Source: Lingula anatina (Eukaryota > Animalia > Brachiopoda). Taken from it: a stretch of DNA of 64,000 nt. The translations under genes and the position numbers were made by a program. This document shows, in pieces, positions 27,201 through 42,100 of the stretch. Every line of letters begins with the position of its first letter. The first letter of the stretch is position 1. The notes beneath the pieces were generated by a model. The model did no database searches. It had not been told where the DNA came from and saw nothing but the letters and a program-made list of their open reading frames with translations. Where the stretch lies: assembly GCA_051362555.1 (NCBI GenBank), contig JBPQGU010000016.1, positions 3,162,001 to 3,226,000 of the forward strand, in the 5' to 3' direction.

Positions 27201-30200
27201 TTTTCATCACATTTCGGAAAAATTGGTGACGGGTCGTTTTTGGGTGATTTTGAGTGATTTTCATCAGGTCCGCGTACAGCAGATTTCTTCAATTTTGGCC
27301 AAAAAGGGAAGAAATTTTTTTTTCTTCATTTTAGTGACCGGTAGGTGTGTTGGGTCATTTGTAGTAAGTATAAAGTACTGGAAGAGTGGTTGTGTCAATA
27401 TTAAGGAAGAAAAAGAGCAAAAACTCTGGCCACCCCCCCCCCCCCTCCAGATCCTGTTTTCAGCTGTGTTTTTGGCTATCTTTAAAGCTGGAATTGGGGG
27501 CTTTAATGAAGTGATCCGGGCGTGTTTCCACATTTTTTATGAATGACAGGTGTGGTAGATTGATTTTCATCACATTTCGGAAAAATTGGTGACGGGTCGT
27601 TTTTGGGTGATTTTGAGTGATTTTCATCAGGTCCGCGTACAGCAGATTTCTTCAATTTTGGCCAAAAAGGGAAGAAATTTTTTTTTCTTCATTTTAGTGA
27701 CCGGTAGGTGTGTTGGGTCATTTGTAGTAAGTATAAAGTACTGGAAGAGTGGTTGTGTCAATATTAAGGAAGAAAAAGAGCAAAAACTCTGGCCACCCCC
27801 CCCCCCCCTCCAGATCCTGTTTTCAGCTGTGTTTTTGGCTATCTTTAAAGCTGGAATTGGGGGCTTTAATGAAGTGATCCGGGCGTGTTTCCACATTTTT
27901 TATGAATGACAGGTGTGGTAGATTGATTTTCATCACATTTCGGAAAAATTGGTGACGGGTCGTTTTTGGGTGATTTTGAGTGATTTTCATCAGGTCCGCG
28001 TACAGCAGATTTCTTCAATTTTGGCCAAAAAGGGAAGAAATTTTTTTTTCTTCATTTTAGTGACCGGTAGGTGTGTTGGGTCATTTGTAGTAAGTATAAA
28101 GTACTGGAAGAGTGGTTGTGTCAATATTAAGGAAGAAAAAGAGCAAAAACTCTGGCCACCCCCCCCCCCCCTCCAGATCCTGTTTTCAGCTGTGTTTTTG
28201 GCTATCTTTAAAGCTGGAATTGGGGGCTTTAATGAAGTGATCCGGGCGTGTTTCCACATTTTTTATGAATGACAGGTGTGGTAGATTGATTTTCATCACA
28301 TTTCGGAAAAATTGGTGACGGGTCGTTTTTGGGTGATTTTGAGTGATTTTCATCAGGTCCGCGTACAGCAGATTTCTTCAATTTTGGCCAAAAAGGGAAG
28401 AAATTTTTTTTTCTTCATTTTAGTGACCGGTAGGTGTGTTGGGTCATTTGTAGTAAGTATAAAGTACTGGAAGAGTGGTTGTGTCAATATTAAGGAAGAA
28501 AAAGAGCAAAAACTCTGGCCACCCCCCCCCCCCTCCAGATCCTGTTTTCAGCTGTGTTTTTGGCTATCTTTAAAGCTGGAATTGGGGGCTTTAATGAAGT
28601 GATCCGGGCGTGTTTCCACATTTTTTATGAATGACAGGTGTGGTAGATTGATTTTCATCACATTTCGGAAAAATTGGTGACGGGTCGTTTTTGGGTGATT
28701 TTGAGTGATTTTCATCAGGTCCGCGTACAGCAGATTTCTTCAATTTTGGCCAAAAAGGGAAGAAATTTTTTTTTCTTCATTTTAGTGACCGGTAGGTGTG
28801 TTGGGTCATTTGTAGTAAGTATAAAGTACTGGAAGAGTGGTTGTGTCAATATTAAGGAAGAAAAAGAGCAAAAACTCTGGCCACCCCCCCCCCCCTCCAG
28901 ATCCTGTTTTCAGCTGTGTTTTTGGCTATCTTTAAAGCTGGAATTGGGGGCTTTAATGAAGTGATCCGGGCGTGTTTCCACATTTTTTATGAATGACAGG
29001 TGTGGTAGATTGATTTTCATCACATTTCGGAAAAATTGGTGACGGGTCGTTTTTGGGTGATTTTGAGTGATTTTCATCAGGTCCGCGTACAGCAGATTTC
29101 TTCAATTTTGGCCAAAAAGGGAAGAAATTTTTTTTTCTTCATTTTAGTGACCGGTAGGTGTGTTGGGTCATTTGTAGTAAGTATAAAGTACTGGAAGAGT
29201 GGTTGTGTCAATATTAAGGAAGAAAAAGAGCAAAAACTCTGGCCACCCCCCCCCCCCCTCCAGATCCTGTTTTCAGCTGTGTTTTTGGCTATCTTTAAAG
29301 CTGGAATTGGGGGCTTTAATGAAGTGATCCGGGCGTGTTTCCACATTTTTTATGAATGACAGGTGTGGTAGATTGATTTTCATCACATTTCGGAAAAATT
29401 GGTGACGGGTCGTTTTTGGGTGATTTTGAGTGATTTTCATCAGGTCCGCGTACAGCAGATTTCTTCAATTTTGGCCAAAAAGGGAAGAAATTTTTTTTTC
29501 TTCATTTTAGTGACCGGTAGGTGTGTTGGGTCATTTGTAGTAAGTATAAAGTACTGGAAGAGTGGTTGTGTCAATATTAAGGAAGAAAAAGAGCAAAAAC
29601 TCTGGCCACCCCCCCCCCCCTCCAGATCCTGTTTTCAGCTGTGTTTTTGGCTATCTTTAAAGCTGGAATTGGGGGCTTTAATGAAGTGATCCGGGCGTGT
29701 TTCCACATTTTTTATGAATGACAGGTGTGGTAGATTGATTTTCATCACATTTCGGAAAAATTGGTGACGGGTCGTTTTTGGGTGATTTTGAGTGATTTTC
29801 ATCAGGTCCGCGTACAGCAGATTTCTTCAATTTTGGCCAAAAAGGGAAGAAATTTTTTTTTCTTCATTTTAGTGACCGGTAGGTGTGTTGGGTCATTTGT
29901 AGTAAGTATAAAGTACTGGAAGAGTGGTTGTGTCAATATTAAGGAAGAAAAAGAGCAAAAACTCTGGCCACCCCCCCCCCCCTCCAGATCCTGTTTTCAG
30001 CTGTGTTTTTGGCTATCTTTAAAGCTGGAATTGGGGGCTTTAATGAAGTGATCCGGGCGTGTTTCCACATTTTTTATGAATGACAGGTGTGGTAGATTGA
30101 TTTTCATCACATTTCGGAAAAATTGGTGACGGGTCGTTTTTGGGTGATTTTGAGTGATTTTCATCAGGTCCGCGTACAGCAGATTTCTTCAATTTTGGCC

Positions 30201-33200
30201 AAAAAGGGAAGAAATTTTTTTTTCTTCATTTTAGTGACCGGTAGGTGTGTTGGGTCATTTGTAGTAAGTATAAAGTACTGGAAGAGTGGTTGTGTCAATA
30301 TTAAGGAAGAAAAAGAGCAAAAACTCTGGCCACCCCCCCCCCCCTCCAGATCCTGTTTTCAGCTGTGTTTTTGGCTATCTTTAAAGCTGGAATTGGGGGC
30401 TTTAATGAAGTGATCCGGGCGTGTTTCCACATTTTTTATGAATGACAGGTGTGGTAGATTGATTTTCATCACATTTCGGAAAAATTGGTGACGGGTCGTT
30501 TTTGGGTGATTTTGAGTGATTTTCATCAGGTCCGCGTACAGCAGATTTCTTCAATTTTGGCCAAAAAGGGAAGAAATTTTTTTTTCTTCATTTTAGTGAC
30601 CGGTAGGTGTGTTGGGTCATTTGTAGTAAGTATAAAGTACTGGAAGAGTGGTTGTGTCAATATTAAGGAAGAAAAAGAGCAAAAACTCTGGCCACCCCCC
30701 CCCCCCTCCAGATCCTGTTTTCAGCTGTGTTTTTGGCTATCTTTAAAGCTGGAATTGGGGGCTTTAATGAAGTGATCCGGGCGTGTTTCCACATTTTTTA
30801 TGAATGACAGGTGTGGTAGATTGATTTTCATCACATTTCGGAAAAATTGGTGACGGGTCGTTTTTGGGTGATTTTGAGTGATTTTCATCAGGTCCGCGTA
30901 CAGCAGATTTCTTCAATTTTGGCCAAAAAGGGAAGAAATTTTTTTTTCTTCATTTTAGTGACCGGTAGGTGTGTTGGGTCATTTGTAGTAAGTATAAAGT
31001 ACTGGAAGAGTGGTTGTGTCAATATTAAGGAAGAAAAAGAGCAAAAACTCTGGCCACCCCCCCCCCCCTCCAGATCCTGTTTTCAGCTGTGTTTTTGGCT
31101 ATCTTTAAAGCTGGAATTGGGGGCTTTAATGAAGTGATCCGGGCGTGTTTCCACATTTTTTATGAATGACAGGTGTGGTAGATTGATTTTCATCACATTT
31201 CGGAAAAATTGGTGACGGGTCGTTTTTGGGTGATTTTGAGTGATTTTCATCAGGTCCGCGTACAGCAGATTTCTTCAATTTTGGCCAAAAAGGGAAGAAA
31301 TTTTTTTTTCTTCATTTTAGTGACCGGTAGGTGTGTTGGGTCATTTGTAGTAAGTATAAAGTACTGGAAGAGTGGTTGTGTCAATATTAAGGAAGAAAAA
31401 GAGCAAAAACTCTGGCCACCCCCCCCCCCCTCCAGATCCTGTTTTCAGCTGTGTTTTTGGCTATCTTTAAAGCTGGAATTGGGGGCTTTAATGAAGTGAT
31501 CCGGGCGTGTTTCCACATTTTTTATGAATGACAGGTGTGGTAGATTGATTTTCATCACATTTCGGAAAAATTGGTGACGGGTCGTTTTTGGGTGATTTTG
31601 AGTGATTTTCATCAGGTCCGCGTACAGCAGATTTCTTCAATTTTGGCCAAAAAGGGAAGAAATTTTTTTTTCTTCATTTTAGTGACCGGTAGGTGTGTTG
31701 GGTCATTTGTAGTAAGTATAAAGTACTGGAAGAGTGGTTGTGTCAATATTAAGGAAGAAAAAGAGCAAAAACTCTGGCCACCCCCCCCCCCCTCCAGATC
31801 CTGTTTTCAGCTGTGTTTTTGGCTATCTTTAAAGCTGGAATTGGGGGCTTTAATGAAGTGATCCGGGCGTGTTTCCACATTTTTTATGAATGACAGGTGT
31901 GGTAGATTGATTTTCATCACATTTCGGAAAAATTGGTGACGGGTCGTTTTTGGGTGATTTTGAGTGATTTTCATCAGGTCCGCGTACAGCAGATTTCTTC
32001 AATTTTGGCCAAAAAGGGAAGAAATTTTTTTTTCTTCATTTTAGTGACCGGTAGGTGTGTTGGGTCATTTGTAGTAAGTATAAAGTACTGGAAGAGTGGT
32101 TGTGTCAATATTAAGGAAGAAAAAGAGCAAAAACTCTGGCCACCCCCCCCCCCCTCCAGATCCTGTTTTCAGCTGTGTTTTTGGCTATCTTTAAAGCTGG
32201 AATTGGGGGCTTTAATGAAGTGATCCGGGCGTGTTTCCACATTTTTTATGAATGACAGGTGTGGTAGATTGATTTTCATCACATTTCGGAAAAATTGGTG
32301 ACGGGTCGTTTTTGGGTGATTTTGAGTGATTTTCATCAGGTCCGCGTACAGCAGATTTCTTCAATTTTGGCCAAAAAGGGAAGAAATTTTTTTTTCTTCA
32401 TTTTAGTGACCGGTAGGTGTGTTGGGTCATTTGTAGTAAGTATAAAGTACTGGAAGAGTGGTTGTGTCAATATTAAGGAAGAAAAAGAGCAAAAACTCTG
32501 GCCACCCCCCCCCCCCTCCAGATCCTGTTTTCAGCTGTGTTTTTGGCTATCTTTAAAGCTGGAATTGGGGGCTTTAATGAAGTGATCCGGGCGTGTTTCC
32601 ACATTTTTTATGAATGACAGGTGTGGTAGATTGATTTTCATCACATTTCGGAAAAATTGGTGACGGGTCGTTTTTGGGTGATTTTGAGTGATTTTCATCA
32701 GGTCCGCGTACAGCAGATTTCTTCAATTTTGGCCAAAAAGGGAAGAAATTTTTTTTTCTTCATTTTAGTGACCGGTAGGTGTGTTGGGTCATTTGTAGTA
32801 AGTATAAAGTACTGGAAGAGTGGTTGTGTCAATATTAAGGAAGAAAAAGAGCAAAAACTCTGGCCACCCCCCCCCCCCTCCAGATCCTGTTTTCAGCTGT
32901 GTTTTTGGCTATCTTTAAAGCTGGAATTGGGGGCTTTAATGAAGTGATCCGGGCGTGTTTCCACATTTTTTATGAATGACAGGTGTGGTAGATTGATTTT
33001 CATCACATTTCGGAAAAATTGGTGACGGGTCGTTTTTGGGTGATTTTGAGTGATTTTCATCAGGTCCGCGTACAGCAGATTTCTTCAATTTTGGCCAAAA
33101 AGGGAAGAAATTTTTTTTTCTTCATTTTAGTGACCGGTAGGTGTGTTGGGTCATTTGTAGTAAGTATAAAGTACTGGAAGAGTGGTTGTGTCAATATTAA

Positions 33201-36200
33201 GGAAGAAAAAGAGCAAAAACTCTGGCCACCCCCCCCCCCCTCCAGATCCTGTTTTCAGCTGTGTTTTTGGCTATCTTTAAAGCTGGAATTGGGGGCTTTA
33301 ATGAAGTGATCCGGGCGTGTTTCCACATTTTTTATGAATGACAGGTGTGGTAGATTGATTTTCATCACATTTCGGAAAAATTGGTGACGGGTCGTTTTTG
33401 GGTGATTTTGAGTGATTTTCATCAGGTCCGCGTACAGCAGATTTCTTCAATTTTGGCCAAAAAGGGAAGAAATTTTTTTTTCTTCATTTTAGTGACCGGT
33501 AGGTGTGTTGGGTCATTTGTAGTAAGTATAAAGTACTGGAAGAGTGGTTGTGTCAATATTAAGGAAGAAAAAGAGCAAAAACTCTGGCCACCCCCCCCCC
33601 CTCCAGATCCTGTTTTCAGCTGTGTTTTTGGCTATCTTTAAAGCTGGAATTGGGGGCTTTAATGAAGTGATCCGGGCGTGTTTCCACATTTTTTATGAAT
33701 GACAGGTGTGGTAGATTGATTTTCATCACATTTCGGAAAAATTGGTGACGGGTCGTTTTTGGGTGATTTTGAGTGATTTTCATCAGGTCCGCGTACAGCA
33801 GATTTCTTCAATTTTGGCCAAAAAGGGAAGAAATTTTTTTTTCTTCATTTTAGTGACCGGTAGGTGTGTTGGGTCATTTGTAGTAAGTATAAAGTACTGG
33901 AAGAGTGGTTGTGTCAATATTAAGGAAGAAAAAGAGCAAAAACTCTGGCCACCCCCCCCCCCCTCCAGATCCTGTTTTCAGCTGTGTTTTTGGCTATCTT
34001 TAAAGCTGGAATTGGGGGCTTTAATGAAGTGATCCGGGCGTGTTTCCACATTTTTTATGAATGACAGGTGTGGTAGATTGATTTTCATCACATTTCGGAA
34101 AAATTGGTGACGGGTCGTTTTTGGGTGATTTTGAGTGATTTTCATCAGGTCCGCGTACAGCAGATTTCTTCAATTTTGGCCAAAAAGGGAAGAAATTTTT
34201 TTTTCTTCATTTTAGTGACCGGTAGGTGTGTTGGGTCATTTGTAGTAAGTATAAAGTACTGGAAGAGTGGTTGTGTCAATATTAAGGAAGAAAAAGAGCA
34301 AAAACTCTGGCCACCCCCCCCCCCTCCAGATCCTGTTTTCAGCTGTGTTTTTGGCTATCTTTAAAGCTGGAATTGGGGGCTTTAATGAAGTGATCCGGGC
34401 GTGTTTCCACATTTTTTATGAATGACAGGTGTGGTAGATTGATTTTCATCACATTTCGGAAAAATTGGTGACGGGTCGTTTTTGGGTGATTTTGAGTGAT
34501 TTTCATCAGGTCCGCGTACAGCAGATTTCTTCAATTTTGGCCAAAAAGGGAAGAAATTTTTTTTTCTTCATTTTAGTGACCGGTAGGTGTGTTGGGTCAT
34601 TTGTAGTAAGTATAAAGTACTGGAAGAGTGGTTGTGTCAATATTAAGGAAGAAAAAGAGCAAAAACTCTGGCCACCCCCCCCCCCCTCCAGATCCTGTTT
34701 TCAGCTGTGTTTTTGGCTATCTTTAAAGCTGGAATTGGGGGCTTTAATGAAGTGATCCGGGCGTGTTTCCACATTTTTTATGAATGACAGGTGTGGTAGA
34801 TTGATTTTCATCACATTTCGGAAAAATTGGTGACGGGTCGTTTTTGGGTGATTTTGAGTGATTTTCATCAGGTCCGCGTACAGCAGATTTCTTCAATTTT
34901 GGCCAAAAAGGGAAGAAATTTTTTTTTCTTCATTTTAGTGACCGGTAGGTGTGTTGGGTCATTTGTAGTAAGTATAAAGTACTGGAAGAGTGGTTGTGTC
35001 AATATTAAGGAAGAAAAAGAGCAAAAACTCTGGCCACCCCCCCCCCCCTCCAGATCCTGTTTTCAGCTGTGTTTTTGGCTATCTTTAAAGCTGGAATTGG
35101 GGGCTTTAATGAAGTGATCCGGGCGTGTTTCCACATTTTTTATGAATGACAGGTGTGGTAGATTGATTTTCATCACATTTCGGAAAAATTGGTGACGGGT
35201 CGTTTTTGGGTGATTTTGAGTGATTTTCATCAGGTCCGCGTACAGCAGATTTCTTCAATTTTGGCCAAAAAGGGAAGAAATTTTTTTTTCTTCATTTTAG
35301 TGACCGGTAGGTGTGTTGGGTCATTTGTAGTAAGTATAAAGTACTGGAAGAGTGGTTGTGTCAATATTAAGGAAGAAAAAGAGCAAAAACTCTGGCCACC
35401 CCCCCCCCCCTCCAGATCCTGTTTTCAGCTGTGTTTTTGGCTATCTTTAAAGCTGGAATTGGGGGCTTTAATGAAGTGATCCGGGCGTGTTTCCACATTT
35501 TTTATGAATGACAGGTGTGGTAGATTGATTTTCATCACATTTCGGAAAAATTGGTGACGGGTCGTTTTTGGGTGATTTTGAGTGATTTTCATCAGGTCCG
35601 CGTACAGCAGATTTCTTCAATTTTGGCCAAAAAGGGAAGAAATTTTTTTTTCTTCATTTTAGTGACCGGTAGGTGTGTTGGGTCATTTGTAGTAAGTATA
35701 AAGTACTGGAAGAGTGGTTGTGTCAATATTAAGGAAGAAAAAGAGCAAAAACTCTGGCCACCCCCCCCCCCCCCTCCAGATCCTGTTTTCAGCTGTGTTT
35801 TTGGCTATCTTTAAAGCTGGAATTGGGGGCTTTAATGAAGTGATCCGGGCGTGTTTCCACATTTTTTATGAATGACAGGTGTGGTAGATTGATTTTCATC
35901 ACATTTCGGAAAAATTGGTGACGGGTCGTTTTTGGGTGATTTTGAGTGATTTTCATCAGGTCCGCGTACAGCAGATTTCTTCAATTTTGGCCAAAAAGGG
36001 AAGAAATTTTTTTTTCTTCATTTTAGTGACCGGTAGGTGTGTTGGGTCATTTGTAGTAAGTATAAAGTACTGGAAGAGTGGTTGTGTCAATATTAAGGAA
36101 GAAAAAGAGCAAAAACTCTGGCCACCCCCCCCCCCCCCTCCAGATCCTGTTTTCAGCTGTGTTTTTGGCTATCTTTAAAGCTGGAATTGGGGGCTTTAAT

Positions 36201-38913
36201 GAAGTGATCCGGGCGTGTTTCCACATTTTTTATGAATGACAGGTGTGGTAGATTGATTTTCATCACATTTCGGAAAAATTGGTGACGGGTCGTTTTTGGG
36301 TGATTTTGAGTGATTTTCATCAGGTCCGCGTACAGCAGATTTCTTCAATTTTGGCCAAAAAGGGAAGAAATTTTTTTTTCTTCATTTTAGTGACCGGTAG
36401 GTGTGTTGGGTCATTTGTAGTAAGTATAAAGTACTGGAAGAGTGGTTGTGTCAATATTAAGGAAGAAAAAGAGCAAAAACTCTGGCCACCCCCCCCCCCC
36501 CTCCAGATCCTGTTTTCAGCTGTGTTTTTGGCTATCTTTAAAGCTGGAATTGGGGGCTTTAATGAAGTGATCCGGGCGTGTTTCCACATTTTTTATGAAT
36601 GACAGGTGTGGTAGATTGATTTTCATCACATTTCGGAAAAATTGGTGACGGGTCGTTTTTGGGTGATTTTGAGTGATTTTCATCAGGTCCGCGTACAGCA
36701 GATTTCTTCAATTTTGGCCAAAAAGGGAAGAAATTTTTTTTTCTTCATTTTAGTGACCGGTAGGTGTGTTGGGTCATTTGTAGTAAGTATAAAGTACTGG
36801 AAGAGTGGTTGTGTCAATATTAAGGAAGAAAAAGAGCAAAAACTCTGGCCACCCCCCCCCCCCCTCCAGATCCTGTTTTCAGCTGTGTTTTTGGCTATCT
36901 TTAAAGCTGGAATTGGGGGCTTTAATGAAGTGATCCGGGCGTGTTTCCACATTTTTTATGAATGACAGGTGTGGTAGATTGATTTTCATCACATTTCGGA
37001 AAAATTGGTGACGGGTCGTTTTTGGGTGATTTTGAGTGATTTTCATCAGGTCCGCGTACAGCAGATTTCTTCAATTTTGGCCAAAAAGGGAAGAAATTTT
37101 TTTTTCTTCATTTTAGTGACCGGTAGGTGTGTTGGGTCATTTGTAGTAAGTATAAAGTACTGGAAGAGTGGTTGTGTCAATATTAAGGAAGAAAAAGAGC
37201 AAAAACTCTGGCCACCCCCCCCCCCCCCTCCAGATCCTGTTTTCAGCTGTGTTTTTGGCTATCTTTAAAGCTGGAATTGGGGGCTTTAATGAAGTGATCC
37301 GGGCGTGTTTCCACATTTTTTATGAATGACAGGTGTGGTAGATTGATTTTCATCACATTTCGGAAAAATTGGTGACGGGTCGTTTTTGGGTGATTTTGAG
37401 TGATTTTCATCAGGTCCGCGTACAGCAGATTTCTTCAATTTTGGCCAAAAAGGGAAGAAATTTTTTTTTCTTCATTTTAGTGACCGGTAGGTGTGTTGGG
37501 TCATTTGTAGTAAGTATAAAGTACTGGAAGAGTGGTTGTGTCAATATTAAGGAAGAAAAAGAGCAAAAACTCTGGCCACCCCCCCCCCCCCCCTCCAGAT
37601 CCTGTTTTCAGCTGTGTTTTTGGCTATCTTTAAAGCTGGAATTGGGGGCTTTAATGAAGTGATCCGGGCGTGTTTCCACATTTTTTATGAATGACAGGTG
37701 TGGTAGATTGATTTTCATCACATTTCGGAAAAATTGGTGACGGGTCGTTTTTGGGTGATTTTGAGTGATTTTCATCAGGTCCGCGTACAGCAGATTTCTT
37801 CAATTTTGGCCAAAAAGGGAAGAAATTTTTTTTTCTTCATTTTAGTGACCGGTAGGTGTGTTGGGTCATTTGTAGTAAGTATAAAGTACTGGAAGAGTGG
37901 TTGTGTCAATATTAAGGAAGAAAAAGAGCAAAAACTCTGGCCACCCCCCCCCCCCCTCCAGATCCTGTTTTCAGCTGTGTTTTTGGCTATCTTTAAAGCT
38001 GGAATTGGGGGCTTTAATGAAGTGATCCGGGCGTGTTTCCACATTTTTTATGAATGACAGGTGTGGTAGATTGATTTTCATCACATTTCGGAAAAATTGG
38101 TGACGGGTCGTTTTTGGGTGATTTTGAGTGATTTTCATCAGGTCCGCGTACAGCAGATTTCTTCAATTTTGGCCAAAAAGGGAAGAAATTTTTTTTTCTT
38201 CATTTTAGTGACCGGTAGGTGTGTTGGGTGATTTGTAGTAAGTATAAAGTACTGGAAGAGTGGTTGTGTCAATATTAAGGAAGAAAAAGAGCAAAAACTC
38301 TGGCCACCCCCCCCCCCTCCAGATCCTGTTTTCAGCTGTGTTTTTGGCTATCTTTAAAGCTGGAATTGGGGGCTTTAATGAAGTGATCCGGGCGTGTTTC
38401 CACATTTTTTATGAATGACAGGTGTGGTAGATTGATTTTCATCACATTTCGGAAAAATTGGTGACGGGTCGTTTTTGGGTGATTTTGAGTGATTTTCATC
38501 AGGTCCGCGTACAGCAGATTTCTTCAATTTTGGCCAAAAAGGGAAGAAATTTTTTTTTCTTCATTTTAGTGACCGGTAGGTGTGTTGGGTCATTTGTAGT
38601 AAGTATAAAGTACTGGAAGAGTGGTTGTGTCAATATTAAGGAAGAAAAAGAGCAAAAACTCTGGCCACCCCCCCCCCCCCCTCCAGATCCTGTTTTCAGC
38701 TGTGTTTTTGGCTATCTTTAAAGCTGGAATTGGGGGCTTTAATGAAGTGATCCGGGCGTGTTTCCACATTTTTTATGAATGACAGGTGTGGTAGATTGAT
38801 TTTCATCACATTTCGGAAAAATTGGTGACGGGTCGTTTTTGGGTGATTTTGAGTGATTTTCATCAGGTCCGCGTACAGCAGATTTCTTCAATTTTGGCCA
38901 AAAAGGGAAGAAA

Positions 38914-39193
38914 TTTTTTTTTCTTCATTTTAGTGACCGGTAGGTGTGTTGGGTCATTTGTAGTAAGTATAAAGTACTGGAAGAGTGGTTGTGTCAATAT
39001 TAAGGAAGAAAAAGAGCAAAAACTCTGGCCACCCCCCCCCATCCAGATCCTGTTTTTTTTTCTTCATTTTAGTGACCGGTAGGTGTGTTGGGTCATTTGT
39101 AGTAAGTATAAAGTACTGGAAGAGTGGTTGTGTCAATATTAAGGAAGAAAAAGAGCAAAAACTCTGGCCACCCCCCCCCCCCTCCAGATCCTG
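38914..39193. repeat. 139-bp intra-monomer tandem duplication giving a 501-bp unit
   Basis: After CCAGATCCTG (ending 39052) the sequence resumes at T9-CTTCATTTTAG. Copies are 38914-39052 and 39053-39193; ORF starts 38822 and 39323 are 501 bp apart. Confidence 0.95.
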
Positions 39194-42100
39194 TTTTCAG
39201 CTGTGTTTTTGGCTATCTTTAAAGCTGGAATTGGGGGCTTTAATGAAGTGATCCGGGCGTGTTTCCACATTTTTTATGAATGACAGGTGTGGTAGATTGA
39301 TTTTCATCACATTTCGGAAAAATTGGTGACGGGTCGTTTTTGGGTGATTTTGAGTGATTTTCATCAGGTCCGCGTACAGCAGATTTCTTCAATTTTGGCC
39401 AAAAAGGGAAGAAATTTTTTTTTCTTCATTTTAGTGACCGGTAGGTGTGTTGGGTCATTTGTAGTAAGTATAAAGTACTGGAAGAGTGGTTGTGTCAATA
39501 TTAAGGAAGAAAAAGAGCAAAAACTCTGGCCACCCCCCCCCCCCTCCAGATCCTGTTTTCAGCTGTGTTTTTGGCTATCTTTAAAGCTGGAATTGGGGGC
39601 TTTAATGAAGTGATCCGGGCGTGTTTCCACATTTTTTATGAATGACAGGTGTGGTAGATTGATTTTCATCACATTTCGGAAAAATTGGTGACGGGTCGTT
39701 TTTGGGTGATTTTGAGTGATTTTCATCAGGTCCGCGTACAGCAGATTTCTTCAATTTTGGCCAAAAAGGGAAGAAATTTTTTTTTCTTCATTTTAGTGAC
39801 CGGTAGGTGTGTTGGGTCATTTGTAGTAAGTATAAAGTACTGGAAGAGTGGTTGTGTCAATATTAAGGAAGAAAAAGAGCAAAAACTCTGGCCACCCCCC
39901 CCCCCTCCAGATCCTGTTTTCAGCTGTGTTTTTGGCTATCTTTAAAGCTGGAATTGGGGGCTTTAATGAAGTGATCCGGGCGTGTTTCCACATTTTTTAT
40001 GAATGACAGGTGTGGTAGATTGATTTTCATCACATTTCGGAAAAATTGGTGACGGGTCGTTTTTGGGTGATTTTGAGTGATTTTCATCAGGTCCGCGTAC
40101 AGCAGATTTCTTCAATTTTGGCCAAAAAGGGAAGAAATTTTTTTTTCTTCATTTTAGTGACCGGTAGGTGTGTTGGGTCATTTGTAGTAAGTATAAAGTA
40201 CTGGAAGAGTGGTTGTGTCAATATTAAGGAAGAAAAAGAGCAAAAACTCTGGCCACCCCCCCCCCCCCTCCAGATCCTGTTTTCAGCTGTGTTTTTGGCT
40301 ATCTTTAAAGCTGGAATTGGGGGCTTTAATGAAGTGATCCGGGCGTGTTTCCACATTTTTTATGAATGACAGGTGTGGTAGATTGATTTTCATCACATTT
40401 CGGAAAAATTGGTGACGGGTCGTTTTTGGGTGATTTTGAGTGATTTTCATCAGGTCCGCGTACAGCAGATTTCTTCAATTTTGGCCAAAAAGGGAAGAAA
40501 TTTTTTTTTCTTCATTTTAGTGACCGGTAGGTGTGTTGGGTCATTTGTAGTAAGTATAAAGTACTGGAAGAGTGGTTGTGTCAATATTAAGGAAGAAAAA
40601 GAGCAAAAACTCTGGCCACCCCCCCCCCCCTCCAGATCCTGTTTTCAGCTGTGTTTTTGGCTATCTTTAAAGCTGGAATTGGGGGCTTTAATGAAGTGAT
40701 CCGGGCGTGTTTCCACATTTTTTATGAATGACAGGTGTGGTAGATTGATTTTCATCACATTTCGGAAAAATTGGTGACGGGTCGTTTTTGGGTGATTTTG
40801 AGTGATTTTCATCAGGTCCGCGTACAGCAGATTTCTTCAATTTTGGCCAAAAAGGGAAGAAATTTTTTTTTCTTCATTTTAGTGACCGGTAGGTGTGTTG
40901 GGTCATTTGTAGTAAGTATAAAGTACTGGAAGAGTGGTTGTGTCAATATTAAGGAAGAAAAAGAGCAAAAACTCTGGCCACCCCCCCCCCTCCAGATCCT
41001 GTTTTCAGCTGTGTTTTTGGCTATCTTTAAAGCTGGAATTGGGGGCTTTAATGAAGTGATCCGGGCGTGTTTCCACATTTTTTATGAATGACAGGTGTGG
41101 TAGATTGATTTTCATCACATTTCGGAAAAATTGGTGACGGGTCGTTTTTGGGTGATTTTGAGTGATTTTCATCAGGTCCGCGTACAGCAGATTTCTTCAA
41201 TTTTGGCCAAAAAGGGAAGAAATTTTTTTTTCTTCATTTTAGTGACCGGTAGGTGTGTTGGGTCATTTGTAGTAAGTATAAAGTACTGGAAGAGTGGTTG
41301 TGTCAATATTAAGGAAGAAAAAGAGCAAAAACTCTGGCCACCCCCCCCCCCCCTCCAGATCCTGTTTTCAGCTGTGTTTTTGGCTATCTTTAAAGCTGGA
41401 ATTGGGGGCTTTAATGAAGTGATCCGGGCGTGTTTCCACATTTTTTATGAATGACAGGTGTGGTAGATTGATTTTCATCACATTTCGGAAAAATTGGTGA
41501 CGGGTCGTTTTTGGGTGATTTTGAGTGATTTTCATCAGGTCCGCGTACAGCAGATTTCTTCAATTTTGGCCAAAAAGGGAAGAAATTTTTTTTTCTTCAT
41601 TTTAGTGACCGGTAGGTGTGTTGGGTCATTTGTAGTAAGTATAAAGTACTGGAAGAGTGGTTGTGTCAATATTAAGGAAGAAAAAGAGCAAAAACTCTGG
41701 CCACCCCCCCCCCCCCTCCAGATCCTGTTTTCAGCTGTGTTTTTGGCTATCTTTAAAGCTGGAATTGGGGGCTTTAATGAAGTGATCCGGGCGTGTTTCC
41801 ACATTTTTTATGAATGACAGGTGTGGTAGATTGATTTTCATCACATTTCGGAAAAATTGGTGACGGGTCGTTTTTGGGTGATTTTGAGTGATTTTCATCA
41901 GGTCCGCGTACAGCAGATTTCTTCAATTTTGGCCAAAAAGGGAAGAAATTTTTTTTTCTTCATTTTAGTGACCGGTAGGTGTGTTGGGTCATTTGTAGTA
42001 AGTATAAAGTACTGGAAGAGTGGTTGTGTCAATATTAAGGAAGAAAAAGAGCAAAAACTCTGGCCACCCCCCCCCCCCTCCAGATCCTGTTTTCAGCTGT

